A stretch of DNA of 64,000 nucleotides from Trueperaceae bacterium (lineage in GTDB: Bacteria; Deinococcota; Deinococci; Deinococcales; Trueperaceae): contig CBDCDZ010000004.1 of the NCBI GenBank assembly GCA_965215565.1, forward strand, positions 4,064,001 to 4,128,000, in the 5' to 3' direction. Under the pieces are notes generated by a model. The model saw nothing but the letters and a program-made list of their open reading frames with translations. It ran no database searches and was not told the DNA's origin. The position numbers and the translations under genes are program-made. Shown here piece by piece: positions 12,765 to 22,680 of the stretch. Each line of letters opens with the position of its first letter. The first letter of the stretch is position 1.

Positions 12765-13901
12765 CAGTTTGAAGGCGTGTCGTCCGGCATGGGCACGTGG
12801 GGAGTTCCCACAAAACGTGATGTTGGCTGTATCTCCCCGCCGTACCAGGAGAGGGCAAGGGAGATATCGAGGTCTTTCTCTGTCCAGATTCGCGGCTCCC
12901 AATCCGGCTCGAAGATCAGGTAGCCTTCGTCGCCGTACACCTCGATACGGTTGCCGCCTGGCTCAAAGAAGTAGAGAAAAGCGCCCTGCGCGATGCCGTG
13001 CATACCGGGACCGGAGGCGATCTGGACGTCCTGCTCGCGGAGTATGTTGGCTAGGTCCGACGTGTGTTGCGAAATTCCGTAATAGAAGGCTACGTGGTGA
13101 AGGCGGCCTTTCGAATTGGTGCCGTCTCTCGCCAGCGCGACATCGTGGTTGATGTTGCTGTGGGACAACCACGCGCCCCTCTCGACTCCTTCGGTAATGA
13201 GCATCTCGCGTAGGCGGGTCCCCATAGCTTCCTGGTAGAACTCCCGAATGAGGGAAACGTCCGAGGCAAAAAGAGTGACGTGGTCGAGGCGGCGGACCGG
13301 CACGCCAGTCAAGGGACGCTTCTGCGGGCGGTTGAGGAGCGGCGAGCGCTGGTCCTCAGGGATGACGGCACGTTCCACCTCCCAGAAGAAGGTGCTGAAG
13401 ATGACCGTCGGGCGTGCGGTACGCATAGGCGGGACCGTAGCCAGCCTCGGACTCGGTCCAGCCCACCCCGCCCCCCATCTGCTCAATTTTTGCGACGCGG
13501 CGCTCGAGCGCCGCCTGCGACGTAGCACGCCAGCCCACGTGACCCAGCCCGGCCTGGTCGCTCTCGGTCAGCTTGAGCGAGTGGTGGTAGCTCTCCTCGT
13601 AGCCGCGCAGGTAAACGGACGCGCCATCACGCTCTGTTTCTTGAAGCCCCAAAAGGTCTTTGAAGAACCGAACACTCTCGTCCATCTTAGGGGTCAACAG
13701 CTCGACATGGCTTATTTGAGCTACGCCGAAGATAGGCTTCTGATTCGCCATGTCGTACTCCTCTTTTGCGTCCGTTAGAGACGCGGTAGGTTGCGTCCCT
13801 GAGCGAGCTTGAGCTAGGAAGCTGCCTCCGAGTGCCGCGCCGAGTGCCGCCCCGCCGCCCCGCTTGATCAGCTCGCGCCGGGTGATACCACGTTTACTCA
13901 T
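12764..13901 (-). pseudogene. Catechol 2,3-dioxygenase (type I extradiol) split by a 1-nt frameshift near 13390; N-terminal Tat-like leader
   Basis: SHVELLTP...HHSL in one frame; RRLDHVTL, RLHHVAF, GPGMHG and YFFEPGGNRIE in the other; junction CAC CTT CTT CTG G. Confidence 0.8.
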
Positions 13902-14144
13902 GTTGGCAGGGACATTGGCTCAGTAAGGGTGCCCTGACTAGAATTTGGTGTGCGCTACGAATAGATGTCATATCGAAACCTCCTCAGTTTCTGAAAGGTT
14001 GACCTAGATTTAGTTGACCTATCAATCTTTCTGATTCAAGGGTAAGAGGATAGTGTAGGAGGCAACAGGGGCAATCTTTAGCTCTACTTGATTTATTTTG
14101 TGGTCTTCTTATGGTTTGCTCTTTCCGCTCGTTTGCGTTGCGCC

Positions 14145-15257
14145 CTACTGACTGGGCACAAAGCGCAACGTAAGCACCTCGGAAGAGGTCGCGCCACTCG
14201 CCGCTTCTGCTCGCAGCTCGAGGCGGTTCTCCCCCGGTCTGAGCCCAGAGAGCGTAAAGGTAAAGCGGTTGCCCGAAAGCGGGGCTTCTGTGAGCGGGGC
14301 ATCTCCAAGTCGGTAGCTCAATTCGCGCACGTCTTGCCCTACCGCGCCGCGCACAATGACGCTGTCTGTAGTGAGAGTGGACCCGTCAGCGGGGCTCGAG
14401 ACTTCAATCACGCGCTCTGTAGCAGGAGCAGAGAGCGTGACGCGGCTCAGCGGGTCAGTGGGTTGCGGGCTGCCGCCGGGTGGCTCTAAGCTTAGGTAGA
14501 GCGACGCGAACCCTTGAGTAGACACACCGAAAACGCTATTTTGCGAGACCGTAAGCGAGGTGAGCTGCTCACCGCTCTGCGGGCTCCAGTCGTCGCTGGT
14601 GTGCCCCCAGGCTTGGTAGACGCGCCTATCTGGGGGCGGCTCAGCTAGGACGAAGAGCGCTTCGCCGGGGCGCAGCAGCGCCGCGCCAACCTCTTGGTCA
14701 GCGTCGTCGTAAAGGGTGGCAGTCTGCGCGTTGGGCGCACTTAAAAATTCTGTCACAAGCGCCTGCTCTGCCCGGAGTTGCTGAAGCGTAAGCTCAGCGC
14801 GGTACGCCCCAAATAGCCCACCACCCGCCAGGACCAAGCAGGCGGCGCAGGCAGCCGTGAGCCAGCGAACCGTCCGGGGCGAGGCGTAGCGAATGACGTT
14901 CGTGGGTTCAGCCTCTCTATATGGTTTTGTATCTGTCTCTACATCCGTCTTCGCATCTGTCTCTAAGTTAATGTCTTCTGTGAATGTAGGAGTGCCCAGA
15001 GGTTCCGCGTCCACTTCCTCAACAGGCGCAGAGGGGGCGGGCTTATCCCTGATTCGGTCCAAGAGGCCAGCCTTGACTTGGGGCGGAGGTTCAACCTCAG
15101 GTAGCGCGTCAACCCAACCCGTCAAAGTTGCGTCGAAGCGCCGCACCTCTTCGCGGCACGCTTCGCACGTCTCCAGGTGCGCCTCGACCGCTACCATCTC
15201 GTCAGAGTTCAAGAGCCCCAGGGCGTAGTCGGGCAGCTTCTCTTTAGGATGCGCCAT
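14145..15257 (-). CDS. RskA-like anti-sigma factor with zinc finger, TM segment and extra C-terminal Ig-like domain
   Basis: HxxxCxxC (HLETCEAC), TM helix, YQAW and LEPPGGSPQPT motifs. Confidence 0.85.
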   Translation of the reverse strand: MAHPKEKLPDYALGLLNSDEMVAVEAHLETCEACREEVRRFDATLTGWVDALPEVEPPPQVKAGLLDRIRDKPAPSAPVEEVDAEPLGTPTFTEDINLETDAKTDVETDTKPYREAEPTNVIRYASPRTVRWLTAACAACLVLAGGGLFGAYRAELTLQQLRAEQALVTEFLSAPNAQTATLYDDADQEVGAALLRPGEALFVLAEPPPDRRVYQAWGHTSDDWSPQSGEQLTSLTVSQNSVFGVSTQGFASLYLSLEPPGGSPQPTDPLSRVTLSAPATERVIEVSSPADGSTLTTDSVIVRGAVGQDVRELSYRLGDAPLTEAPLSGNRFTFTLSGLRPGENRLELRAEAASGATSSEVLTLRFVPSQ

Positions 15258-15804
15258 GATCCCCGTGCTCCCCACTCTCCATCGCCCCGCGCAGCTTGAG
15301 CAGGGCGCGTCTGATCTTGCTCCGGATTGTACCAAGGGGTTTTTGCTCGAGTTCTGCGAGTTCCGCGTAGCTGTAGCCCAAGAAGTAGGCGTGTTCGATG
15401 AGGTGGCGCTCTTCTGGGCTGAGCTGCGCAAGGCCGCGCTCGAGCCATAAGCGTGTAACGTCCGGTGAGGCGAGGTCCGACGCGAAGGGCAAGCTAGGGT
15501 CGTGAACGTCCCAGGCGTCCGACTTGAGCGGGCGCGACTGACGCTTGCGCAGCCGTGAATGCGCCGCGTTACGCGCCAAGGTATAGATAAACGCACGCGG
15601 TGAGCGCTCCCAGGTGTGATAAGACGTATTCACATTGAAAAGTTTGTAGAAGACCTCTTGAGAGACCTCCTCAGCCTCCTCGCGGCTACCAAGTAAGTTA
15701 AGCGCCAGGGTGTAGACCTTGGTTCCTAACCGGTCATAGAGTTCACTTAGGGCTGCTTCGTCGCCCTGTGCGGTGCGCGCGAGCAGTGCGGCTTCGGGGT
15801 CCAT
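15244..15804 (-). CDS. ECF sigma factor (SigK-like)
   Basis: GDEAAL..LYD, AEEVSQEVF and SYAELA...PLGTIRSKIRRAL; overlaps the anti-sigma start. Confidence 0.92.
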   Translation of the reverse strand: MDPEAALLARTAQGDEAALSELYDRLGTKVYTLALNLLGSREEAEEVSQEVFYKLFNVNTSYHTWERSPRAFIYTLARNAAHSRLRKRQSRPLKSDAWDVHDPSLPFASDLASPDVTRLWLERGLAQLSPEERHLIEHAYFLGYSYAELAELEQKPLGTIRSKIRRALLKLRGAMESGEHGDHGAS

Positions 15805-16396
15805 GTGCCTCGCTTTAGGTGGGGCGCTTAGAGCGGTACTGAGCCAAGAGGTCCTCAAGGGGCAGCGCCCTTTTCACGGTGGACAGCGTGTGGAGAGAAC
15901 AGCGTAAGGCGGAGTAATCTTCGTAGCATTGTAACCTCGCATTACAACCTCCGAGGCTGTCCACTATAAGAAACGCAGGTTCCAGGCTTTTGTATGCGTA
16001 GAGGTGCAGATGGTAGAGCGTGGGTTGTGTCCGGTCCTAAAGACTCGGTCTAATACCGTCTCCGGTTGAATACGAAATAAGTGGTTTGTACTTAACCCGA
16101 GATGCAAGTTGAAATCCGTACAACTCGGCACACGCTTTACCCACACCCTCAATGTTTCCTCGCCTCCAACTGCAACATCCACACTTCTAACGTTCTCGAC
16201 GGCTAAACGTCTAAACAGAGCGTCCTGCTTCGCTTCACCTAACCCTAGTGCATATACCCGGTCCTTCTCTGCGTTTCTGTAAATGAGGAGGGAAGTTTGC
16301 AGCACGCCCGAAGACTAGGGCGAGAGTCTCAGGCTGCGATTACTACTAACTAGCGAGTCATCACCCTAAAACCCCTATTCATTCAAGGAGATACAC

Positions 16397-18106
16397 ATGA
16401 AAGCACTTCATCCATCCGGACGACTCTGGCGCGTCATCGGCTTCGCCGCAGGGCTTCTACTCGCCGCGTGCTCTACGGACACGGCGACACCTGAACCCAA
16501 CGTGCAGAGGGCAGACTTCACGGTCTTTGTTCTCGCCACTAGCGAGGTCGAGGCAGATACCAACACGCTTCAAGCGACGCCTTGGACGCTCGAGCGCGGA
16601 GCCGGCGAAGACGTCCAGGGAGAGGGCCAAGCCGTCGGCGAAACCCCCCTCATTCGGGAGCGCGTCCACACCATGCAGGTAAGCGCCCAGCCGGGCGACG
16701 AGATGACCCTGAACGTCACGATGGGCGCGGGCGAAACGGTGGGCGTTGGACCCTTCAGCCTCTTTGACGGCGCTGGGCCCGCTAATGGTGAGGTGTTGAG
16801 TCAGGGCAACTTGACGGTCGTGGCGAAGCCGAATTCGCTGGCGACGGCTGCGCTAAAGATCGCAACCGTACAACCCGTTGCTTTCAGCGATATCAAGCTC
16901 TCGGGCGACGCCGAAGTGCCCCCCGTCGAGACGGACGCCTCAGGCGAAGCTGCGCTTTTGCTCATCGACAACCTCCTCTTCGCGGTCGGGCGTTTCAGAG
17001 GATTGCAAGGTGAACTGTTCGAGGTCGAAGGGAGCCCCGCTCACATCCATCAGGGCGCGGCGGACGAAAACGGCGACATCGTCTTCGACCTGGCTGCAGC
17101 TGCGAACGAGGCTGGCGACGGCTTTTTCGTCGGACTGGGCAGCCTAGAAGATGAAGAGGTCTTACGCCTCGGAGCGGGCGAGCTTTACATTAACATCCAT
17201 AGCACCTTTAGCGAGTCCGGCGAGCTGCGTGGTCAGATCACCCAAGGTGAGCAGGTTGAACAGCCAGATGAGGATGAAGCGGGAGCGCTCACGCTCAGCG
17301 TCGCGGAGAGTGACGCGTTCGGCGAATACATCACGGATAGTGAGGGTAACAGCCTCTACCTCTTCACCAACGACACGCGCGGCGCAGATGAAAGCACCTG
17401 TAACGGCGAGTGCGCCGAGACCTGGCCCGCGCTGACCTTTGACCCTGACGAAACGAGTCTCGAGGTAGCTGACGGCTTAGACGCGGACCTCTTAGGCAGC
17501 TTCGAACGTGAAGACGGCAGCGTCCAAGTTACCTACAACGGCTGGCCGCTCTACAATTTCTCGGGCGACGGTGAAACGGGCGATACCAATGGACAAGGCG
17601 TCGGTGAGGTCTGGTTCTTAGTCAACCCGGACGGCACCCGCAATATCCCCGATGATGAGTCGGATGAAGACGAGGGTGACGAAGTGGGCGTCCAGCTCGA
17701 GACCCGCGAGAAAGACCCCTTCGGCGCGTACATCACCGACAGTGAGGGCAACAGCCTCTATCTCTTTTTCAACGACGGGAAACGCTCGAGCCAAAGCAAC
17801 TGCAACAATGAGTGCGCCGAAACCTGGCCTCCTCTGACCTTAAGCGAGGGCGAGACGGTTACCGTCGCCGAAGGCAGTGGTTTGGACGCGGACCTCTTGC
17901 GCAGCTTCGAGCGTAACGACGGCAGGGTCCAGGTGACTTACAACGGCTGGCCGCTCTACCGCTTCTCGGGCGACGACGCGCCGGGCGACACAGACGGTAC
18001 GGCGGTGAACCTCTGGTTTTTAGTCACGCCGGACGGCGACGAAAATCTGCCCGACGAGGCGGGCGGTGATGTCAACGACTCAGTGGCCGAGCAGCGTGGG
18101 GACTGA
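16397..18106 (+). CDS. Lipoprotein with a CHRD domain and duplicated COG4315 (Lipoprotein_15) domains
   Basis: Lipobox LAAC; AHIH..G and LYINIHS...GELRGQ; two copies of LYLF..D..C...CA..WP...QVTYNGWPLY. Confidence 0.85.
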   Translation: MKALHPSGRLWRVIGFAAGLLLAACSTDTATPEPNVQRADFTVFVLATSEVEADTNTLQATPWTLERGAGEDVQGEGQAVGETPLIRERVHTMQVSAQPGDEMTLNVTMGAGETVGVGPFSLFDGAGPANGEVLSQGNLTVVAKPNSLATAALKIATVQPVAFSDIKLSGDAEVPPVETDASGEAALLLIDNLLFAVGRFRGLQGELFEVEGSPAHIHQGAADENGDIVFDLAAAANEAGDGFFVGLGSLEDEEVLRLGAGELYINIHSTFSESGELRGQITQGEQVEQPDEDEAGALTLSVAESDAFGEYITDSEGNSLYLFTNDTRGADESTCNGECAETWPALTFDPDETSLEVADGLDADLLGSFEREDGSVQVTYNGWPLYNFSGDGETGDTNGQGVGEVWFLVNPDGTRNIPDDESDEDEGDEVGVQLETREKDPFGAYITDSEGNSLYLFFNDGKRSSQSNCNNECAETWPPLTLSEGETVTVAEGSGLDADLLRSFERNDGRVQVTYNGWPLYRFSGDDAPGDTDGTAVNLWFLVTPDGDENLPDEAGGDVNDSVAEQRGD

Positions 18107-18109
18107 GCG

Positions 18110-19120
18110 GTGTCGCAACGCAAATACCATATAACCGAACAACGCGAAACGACGCCGACGCACTCGGTGCTTGAAGGTATGCAACCTGACCTAACCGACG
18201 AGACCTTAGAGGGCGCACCTGTCAACGTAGCGCTCCAAACGACCTCGGGCGATTCTCCAGACCGGCAGAGACTGCTGACCCTCTCCTTGAACAAGAAGAT
18301 GCAGCGTGCAGTTTTGCATAGCCTTGTAAAATTTGCACCTAAAGCCGCCCTCCAAATCGCCTTCTACAACCTGCTCAGCCCGCGCCTTGGACGCTTGTAT
18401 CACGAGGATGATTTGCCCGTGGGCGCAACCTCTTTCATACTGCCCTATAAGAGGAGCTTTCTGCGCGGCTATAGCTGGGGCGTAGGTGACAGGGTGGTCT
18501 ACCTCGTGCACGGTTGGGAAGGCAATCTAGGGCGTATGCGCAAGTTTGTCGAACCGCTCACCTCTGCGGGTTTCAGAGTTGTCGCGTTTGACGCGCCGAG
18601 CCACGGGCGTTCCGGCAAACAGCTCACCACCTTGAAGGACGTCAGCGCTTCACTGGCGGACGTTGTGACGCACTTCGGTCCTCCGCACGCAATCATCGCT
18701 CACTCGTTGGGCGCAGCCGCGACCGCGCTCACGCTCAAGGAGAAGCCCGCGCTCCTCCCCGCTGCACTCGTTTTCCTCTCGCCGATGAAGTCGCTGCGGG
18801 AACACGTCGATATCTTTAACCTCGCCGCCCAGCTTCCGCCGCACTTAGCAGACGCGCTGACGGCGCAAGTCGAGCGTTACGCGAAGCTCAGCGTGACCAC
18901 AACCGACTTCGGGCGCAACGTCGCCGCGTTACCCATAAAGGGACTTCTCGTCCACGACGAGGAAGATGACATCGTCCCCTTCGCCCCTACGCAGCGCGTC
19001 GCAGAACGTTGGCGCGGCGCGGCGCTCTACAAGGCGAGGGGCCTGGGGCACCGCGGCGTCCTCTACGACGCGGCGGTCATAGGGCGTGTGACGCGCTTTG
19101 TGGCAGACACAGTCCGGTAG
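18110..19120 (+). CDS. Alpha/beta fold hydrolase
   Basis: LVHGW, AHSLG, HD..D and GLGH motifs; start codon uncertain. Confidence 0.85.
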   Translation: MSQRKYHITEQRETTPTHSVLEGMQPDLTDETLEGAPVNVALQTTSGDSPDRQRLLTLSLNKKMQRAVLHSLVKFAPKAALQIAFYNLLSPRLGRLYHEDDLPVGATSFILPYKRSFLRGYSWGVGDRVVYLVHGWEGNLGRMRKFVEPLTSAGFRVVAFDAPSHGRSGKQLTTLKDVSASLADVVTHFGPPHAIIAHSLGAAATALTLKEKPALLPAALVFLSPMKSLREHVDIFNLAAQLPPHLADALTAQVERYAKLSVTTTDFGRNVAALPIKGLLVHDEEDDIVPFAPTQRVAERWRGAALYKARGLGHRGVLYDAAVIGRVTRFVADTVR

Positions 19121-19690
19121 AGGCTCGAGGTTCATATGTGCACATAGCAAGTGACCTCAGTCAAGCCCCCGGTACTTACGCAGCACTGGGGGTCAAACTT
19201 TGAATATTGGTCTCGCTGGAGCCTACCTGAAATCCATCAGTAGATGCCGTGCAGATCGAAAAGGCCGCTCAAGAACTGCCTTTTGCGCTCCCTGAAGCGC
19301 TACCGAGTAACGTAAAAACGAAGCAGCTCTCATCACTTCTAACGAGCCGTGCATATAGTTCGCTCTGCCTTGCGTTTCAAGAAGTAGAGGAGCGAGCCCT
19401 GAGCGTATTGAGTTCTCCCACGAGACGCGCTAAAGCAGACCGGACAACACCTGCGCTCGCTTCCGACTCTAACTACAAGGAAAGGAGGGCGTGAAGAGAC
19501 CCTACTCGTAAGAGGAGCGTGCTTTATCCGCCGAGGGCGTTTCGCAGAAGCAACGCACCTGTGTTCGGGGAGAGGAGGCGAGAGACGAAAAGCGCATGTT
19601 CTCTCGGAAGTTTAGGGAACGTCAGATGACGAACCGGAGTGGCTGTTTCGCCACCAGGTTTACCGCACATAGATCACAGAGAGGAAACTT

Positions 19691-20158
19691 ATGCACACCC
19701 CACTACTCAGAACATTTGTACTCGCGTCTCTCATCGCGGTGCTCGCCGCCTGTTCAGGCGTTGACGCACCTGCCGCTGCTGACGAAGTGCTAGAGACGTC
19801 ACAGAACGACCCTGGCGCTTTCGCTAACGGGGTTGAGGGACCCGCTTCAGACAGACCGGGTCGCGCCGGTGTTTGCTTCTACAGCCTGCCCAACTTCCAA
19901 GGTCGCTCACTCTGTTATCGCCAATCACGACCTGGCTTAGCCCCAAGTGGTACTACTCTTCCCGTCGGCGGGATACGTCCTTCATGGAACGATAGGGCGA
20001 GTTCGCTCATCGTCTCGAGAGGCTGGGACGTCGTCACGTACACTGACGGGGTCTTTCGTGGTCGCGCTGTCGTAGCTGGTGATGCCAACTTCGAACGCAG
20101 GGTGCCACGGCTCACGTTCGACAACAACATGTCATCATTTAGGCTCATCAAACAGTAG
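19691..20158 (+). CDS. Lipoprotein with a beta/gamma-crystallin-like domain
   Basis: Lipobox LAAC; CFY...NFQG, WNDRASS, F.G and DNNMSSF Greek-key motifs. Confidence 0.7.
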   Translation: MHTPLLRTFVLASLIAVLAACSGVDAPAAADEVLETSQNDPGAFANGVEGPASDRPGRAGVCFYSLPNFQGRSLCYRQSRPGLAPSGTTLPVGGIRPSWNDRASSLIVSRGWDVVTYTDGVFRGRAVVAGDANFERRVPRLTFDNNMSSFRLIKQ

Positions 20159-20461
20159 TGAGGGGTTTCGGTTAACCTTCCGGCACAGCAACGCCCGCTT
20201 GTTGGAGGTGTGGTCAATCACTATGAGTTCAGACTGCGTTTGTAGCTGCTCTAAACTCATACAGGTCAGTTCTTGATCTGAGGTTGCGCTGAATCCAGGC
20301 AAATTTGGATAAAGCCCGTCTCTAACGCAAGGCAGGCTCATAAAAGTGTCCGAACTATCATCAAGGGGTAGCTGAGTTTAGGCTCAGCTACCCTAGGCCT
20401 TAGCCCTTGCAGCGCTCGCAGGCATTGCGCTACGCACCACAAAACTTTAAGAGGAGAAACA

Positions 20462-20745
20462 GTGGCTAAGTTAGAAGAAGCACCAGCGCCTAGGTTAGAA
20501 GGAGAAATCGCAACGGTGACACTAGGGGACGCCCGCAGGATCATCGCCGCCGCCGAGAAAAAGGCTGAGGAAATTGGTGAGCGTATGAATATCGCCGTGG
20601 TTGATGTCGGGGGGAACATCGCTTCGCTTTGCGAAAACTTCGTAACGCCCACGTGCATATGGACGGTGGCTGCATAGGCAGCATCGACGATTCAGTGAGA
20701 AAGGCGTACACCTCGAGCGCGTTTAGAATATCTGAAACACCACGC
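20462..20745 (+). pseudogene. GlcG/HbpS heme-binding protein, frameshifted and truncated
   Basis: IIAAAEKKA..NIAVVDVGGN, then AHVHMDG..IGSID...KAYTSSAF in another frame. Confidence 0.75.
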
Positions 20746-20888
20746 TGCCCTGCTTCTGGACCCGCTTCTTGGAAGGCGAGGGGCGCGCACGGATTCTCAG
20801 CGACTCCAGGTTGTTCGCGTGCTCTGTCCGCCCAACCGGACAGGCTGTGCCCACGGCAGGGGGATATCAAGTACTTCATGATTTGCTT

Positions 20889-20948
20889 GAGCCGTGTGCG
20901 GTGAAAGTCGCGCGCACGGTTCTTGGGGGCGGGAGGCCGGTGACGGTC
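20889..20948 (+). mobile_element. Group II intron 3' remnant (domain V and first half of domain VI)
   Basis: GAGCCGTGTGCGGT-GAAA-GTCGC-GC-GCACGGTTC: 34 nt, AGC triad, GNRA loop. Confidence 0.88.
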
Positions 20949-21075
20949 GTGGGGTTGATGGTGCCGCACGCGGTCAGGCTCCTGCTCGGTCCCGACCACC
21001 GCACGCTGCTGCCCATGAGCATGATTTTGGGCGGGACATTCATGGTGCTCGCCGACTTAGCCGCCCGCACCGCTC
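20949..21075 (+). pseudogene. BtuC/FecCD permease fragment
   Basis: VGLMVPHAVRLLLGPDHRTLLP...LADLAART. Confidence 0.85.
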
Positions 21076-21806
21076 GTCTTTGCGGCGCTACGGTTCACCA
21101 CTGCTCGCCCTATCAGAAGGATATCCCTGCTACGGCAGAGGTACTCGAGTCCGTCCACCGCTTCGCGCCGACGCTTCTTTGGCTCTGTCACCCTACCAAC
21201 TCTACAGGTCACGCTTGGCGGGTAGGGGATTTGCGGAAGCTCGCCGAGAGGTGTCAGGAACACGAAGCCTTGCTCGTCCTAGACCTCGCGTACCTGAACT
21301 TTCTCGAGCGCCTCACCCACCACTTACCTCTCCCTTTACTTCACAACGCGGTGCAGCTCTACTCCCTGACTAAGAGCTTTCGGCTGCCGGGCGTCCGCGC
21401 GGGCTACGCGCTCGCGTCCCCTGAGGTCGTGAACGCCTTGGAGCGGAGCGCTCCGCCGTGGCAGATGAGTGTCCACGCGCAAGCCGCTACGGGGTGGGCG
21501 TTCTCCGACGCCGGACGGACGTTTTTGCGGCGGACGCTGCCCGAGTTAGGAGAGGTGAGGCGCGACTTCCAGGCGAAACTTCGTACCCTCGGGTTGCAGG
21601 TTCGGGATACGAGCGCGAACTACTTCTTAGTCGAGGTGGGCGACGCAGTCATCTTTAAGCAAGCCGCCTTGCGAGCGGGCTTCCGCGTGCGCGACTGCGC
21701 GAGCTTCGGCTTGCCGACTCAAGTGCGCCTCGCCGCGCAGCAGCCGCGCGAAAATCAGACGTTTTTGGCGTGGCTCGAGTCAGGCTGGTTACCCGAAGGT
21801 GGCTAG
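21076..21806 (+). pseudogene. cobD: CobD-like threonine-phosphate decarboxylase (PLP class I/II), N-terminally truncated
   Basis: LCHPTNSTG, DLAY, SLTKSF..PGVRAGY, ANYFL and VRDCASF; sits in a cob context. Confidence 0.7.
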
Positions 21807-22680
21807 AGCGCTGATGGTCCAGGGCTGCACCTCGGACGCGGGCAAGTCGTACCTGATAGCGGGCTTGTGCCGCTTTTATGCGAAGCGCGGCGTCAAGGTC
21901 GCGCCCTTCAAGGCGCAGAACATGAGCAACAACGCGGGCGTCACGCCTGAGGGGTTAGAGATGGGACGTGCGCAGCTCTTGCAAGCCCAAGCCGCCCGCG
22001 CCAGCCCCGAAGTCCGCAGGGGCTGACGGACGAGGTGGCGCACCTCGCTAAGCTCGGTGTGCCCATTTTGGGGGTCTGCGGCGGTTTGCAGATGCTCGGA
22101 CGCGCAATTCGTGACCCTGACGGGGTCGAAGCTACCGGGAGCGCGAGGGGCTTGGGACTGCTCGACGTGACAACCGTATTCGCAGGGGATAAAGTCACCC
22201 GGCAGACCACAGCGCATCTCCTACCTACGGGGGACACCGTTACGGGTTACTAGCAGTTCCACGACATACTGAGACAGTTGAGCGCAGATCTCTGTCCGCA
22301 AGGACTAGCGTTACGGGCAGGCCGCCCTGCCGTTGCGGGATTTCATCCCTCGAAGTGCGTGCTAGACTGTTCATTTCTCACTAAGGGTGTTTCTGACCAG
22401 ATGATACCTGCTATACGAAATACATCATGGGCGAACCCGAGCAGGGAAGGGTGCGCGACCCTTACTCAGCGGCGGTCTAGGCTTTATTCAGGGTAATGTG
22501 ATGGGCGTTTACGCCCACGGCTTGTTTAGCAGCGCCACGTTTAGACGGTGGTTTCTAGGACACCTTGGCGTTCAAGCGTCTCAGCGGGACTGGCTCACCC
22601 ACGTAGACGCCGCGCTCGACACGCTCGCCGATCACCTGGAAGAGCACCTGGATGTGTGGACGCCATTGACAGGGCGCTCG
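21799..22680 (+). pseudogene. cobQ: Cobyric acid synthase with internal deletion, MITE insertion and frameshift
   Basis: [37 protein letters not shown] split by an element, G.Y.HGLF. Confidence 0.9.
22251..22413 (-). mobile_element. TAGC-family MITE inserted in cobQ
   Basis: TAGCAGTTCC...ATACCTGCTA flanked by TAC on both sides. Confidence 0.88.

Noticed and set aside
15964..16305. 113-aa ORF between the ECF sigma and the lipoprotein
   Set aside because: No recognisable motif or RBS; likely divergent promoter DNA. Candidate ECF promoter motifs were too weak to call
19148..19200. GTCAAGCCCCCGG...CTGGGGG hairpin as an IS200/IS605 end or omega RNA
   Set aside because: No tnpA, tnpB or iscB ORF nearby; too short to support
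20367..20396. GGGTAGCTGAG/CTCAGCTACCC hairpin sharing 15 bp with 11419-11433
   Set aside because: Two short matches are insufficient to define a family
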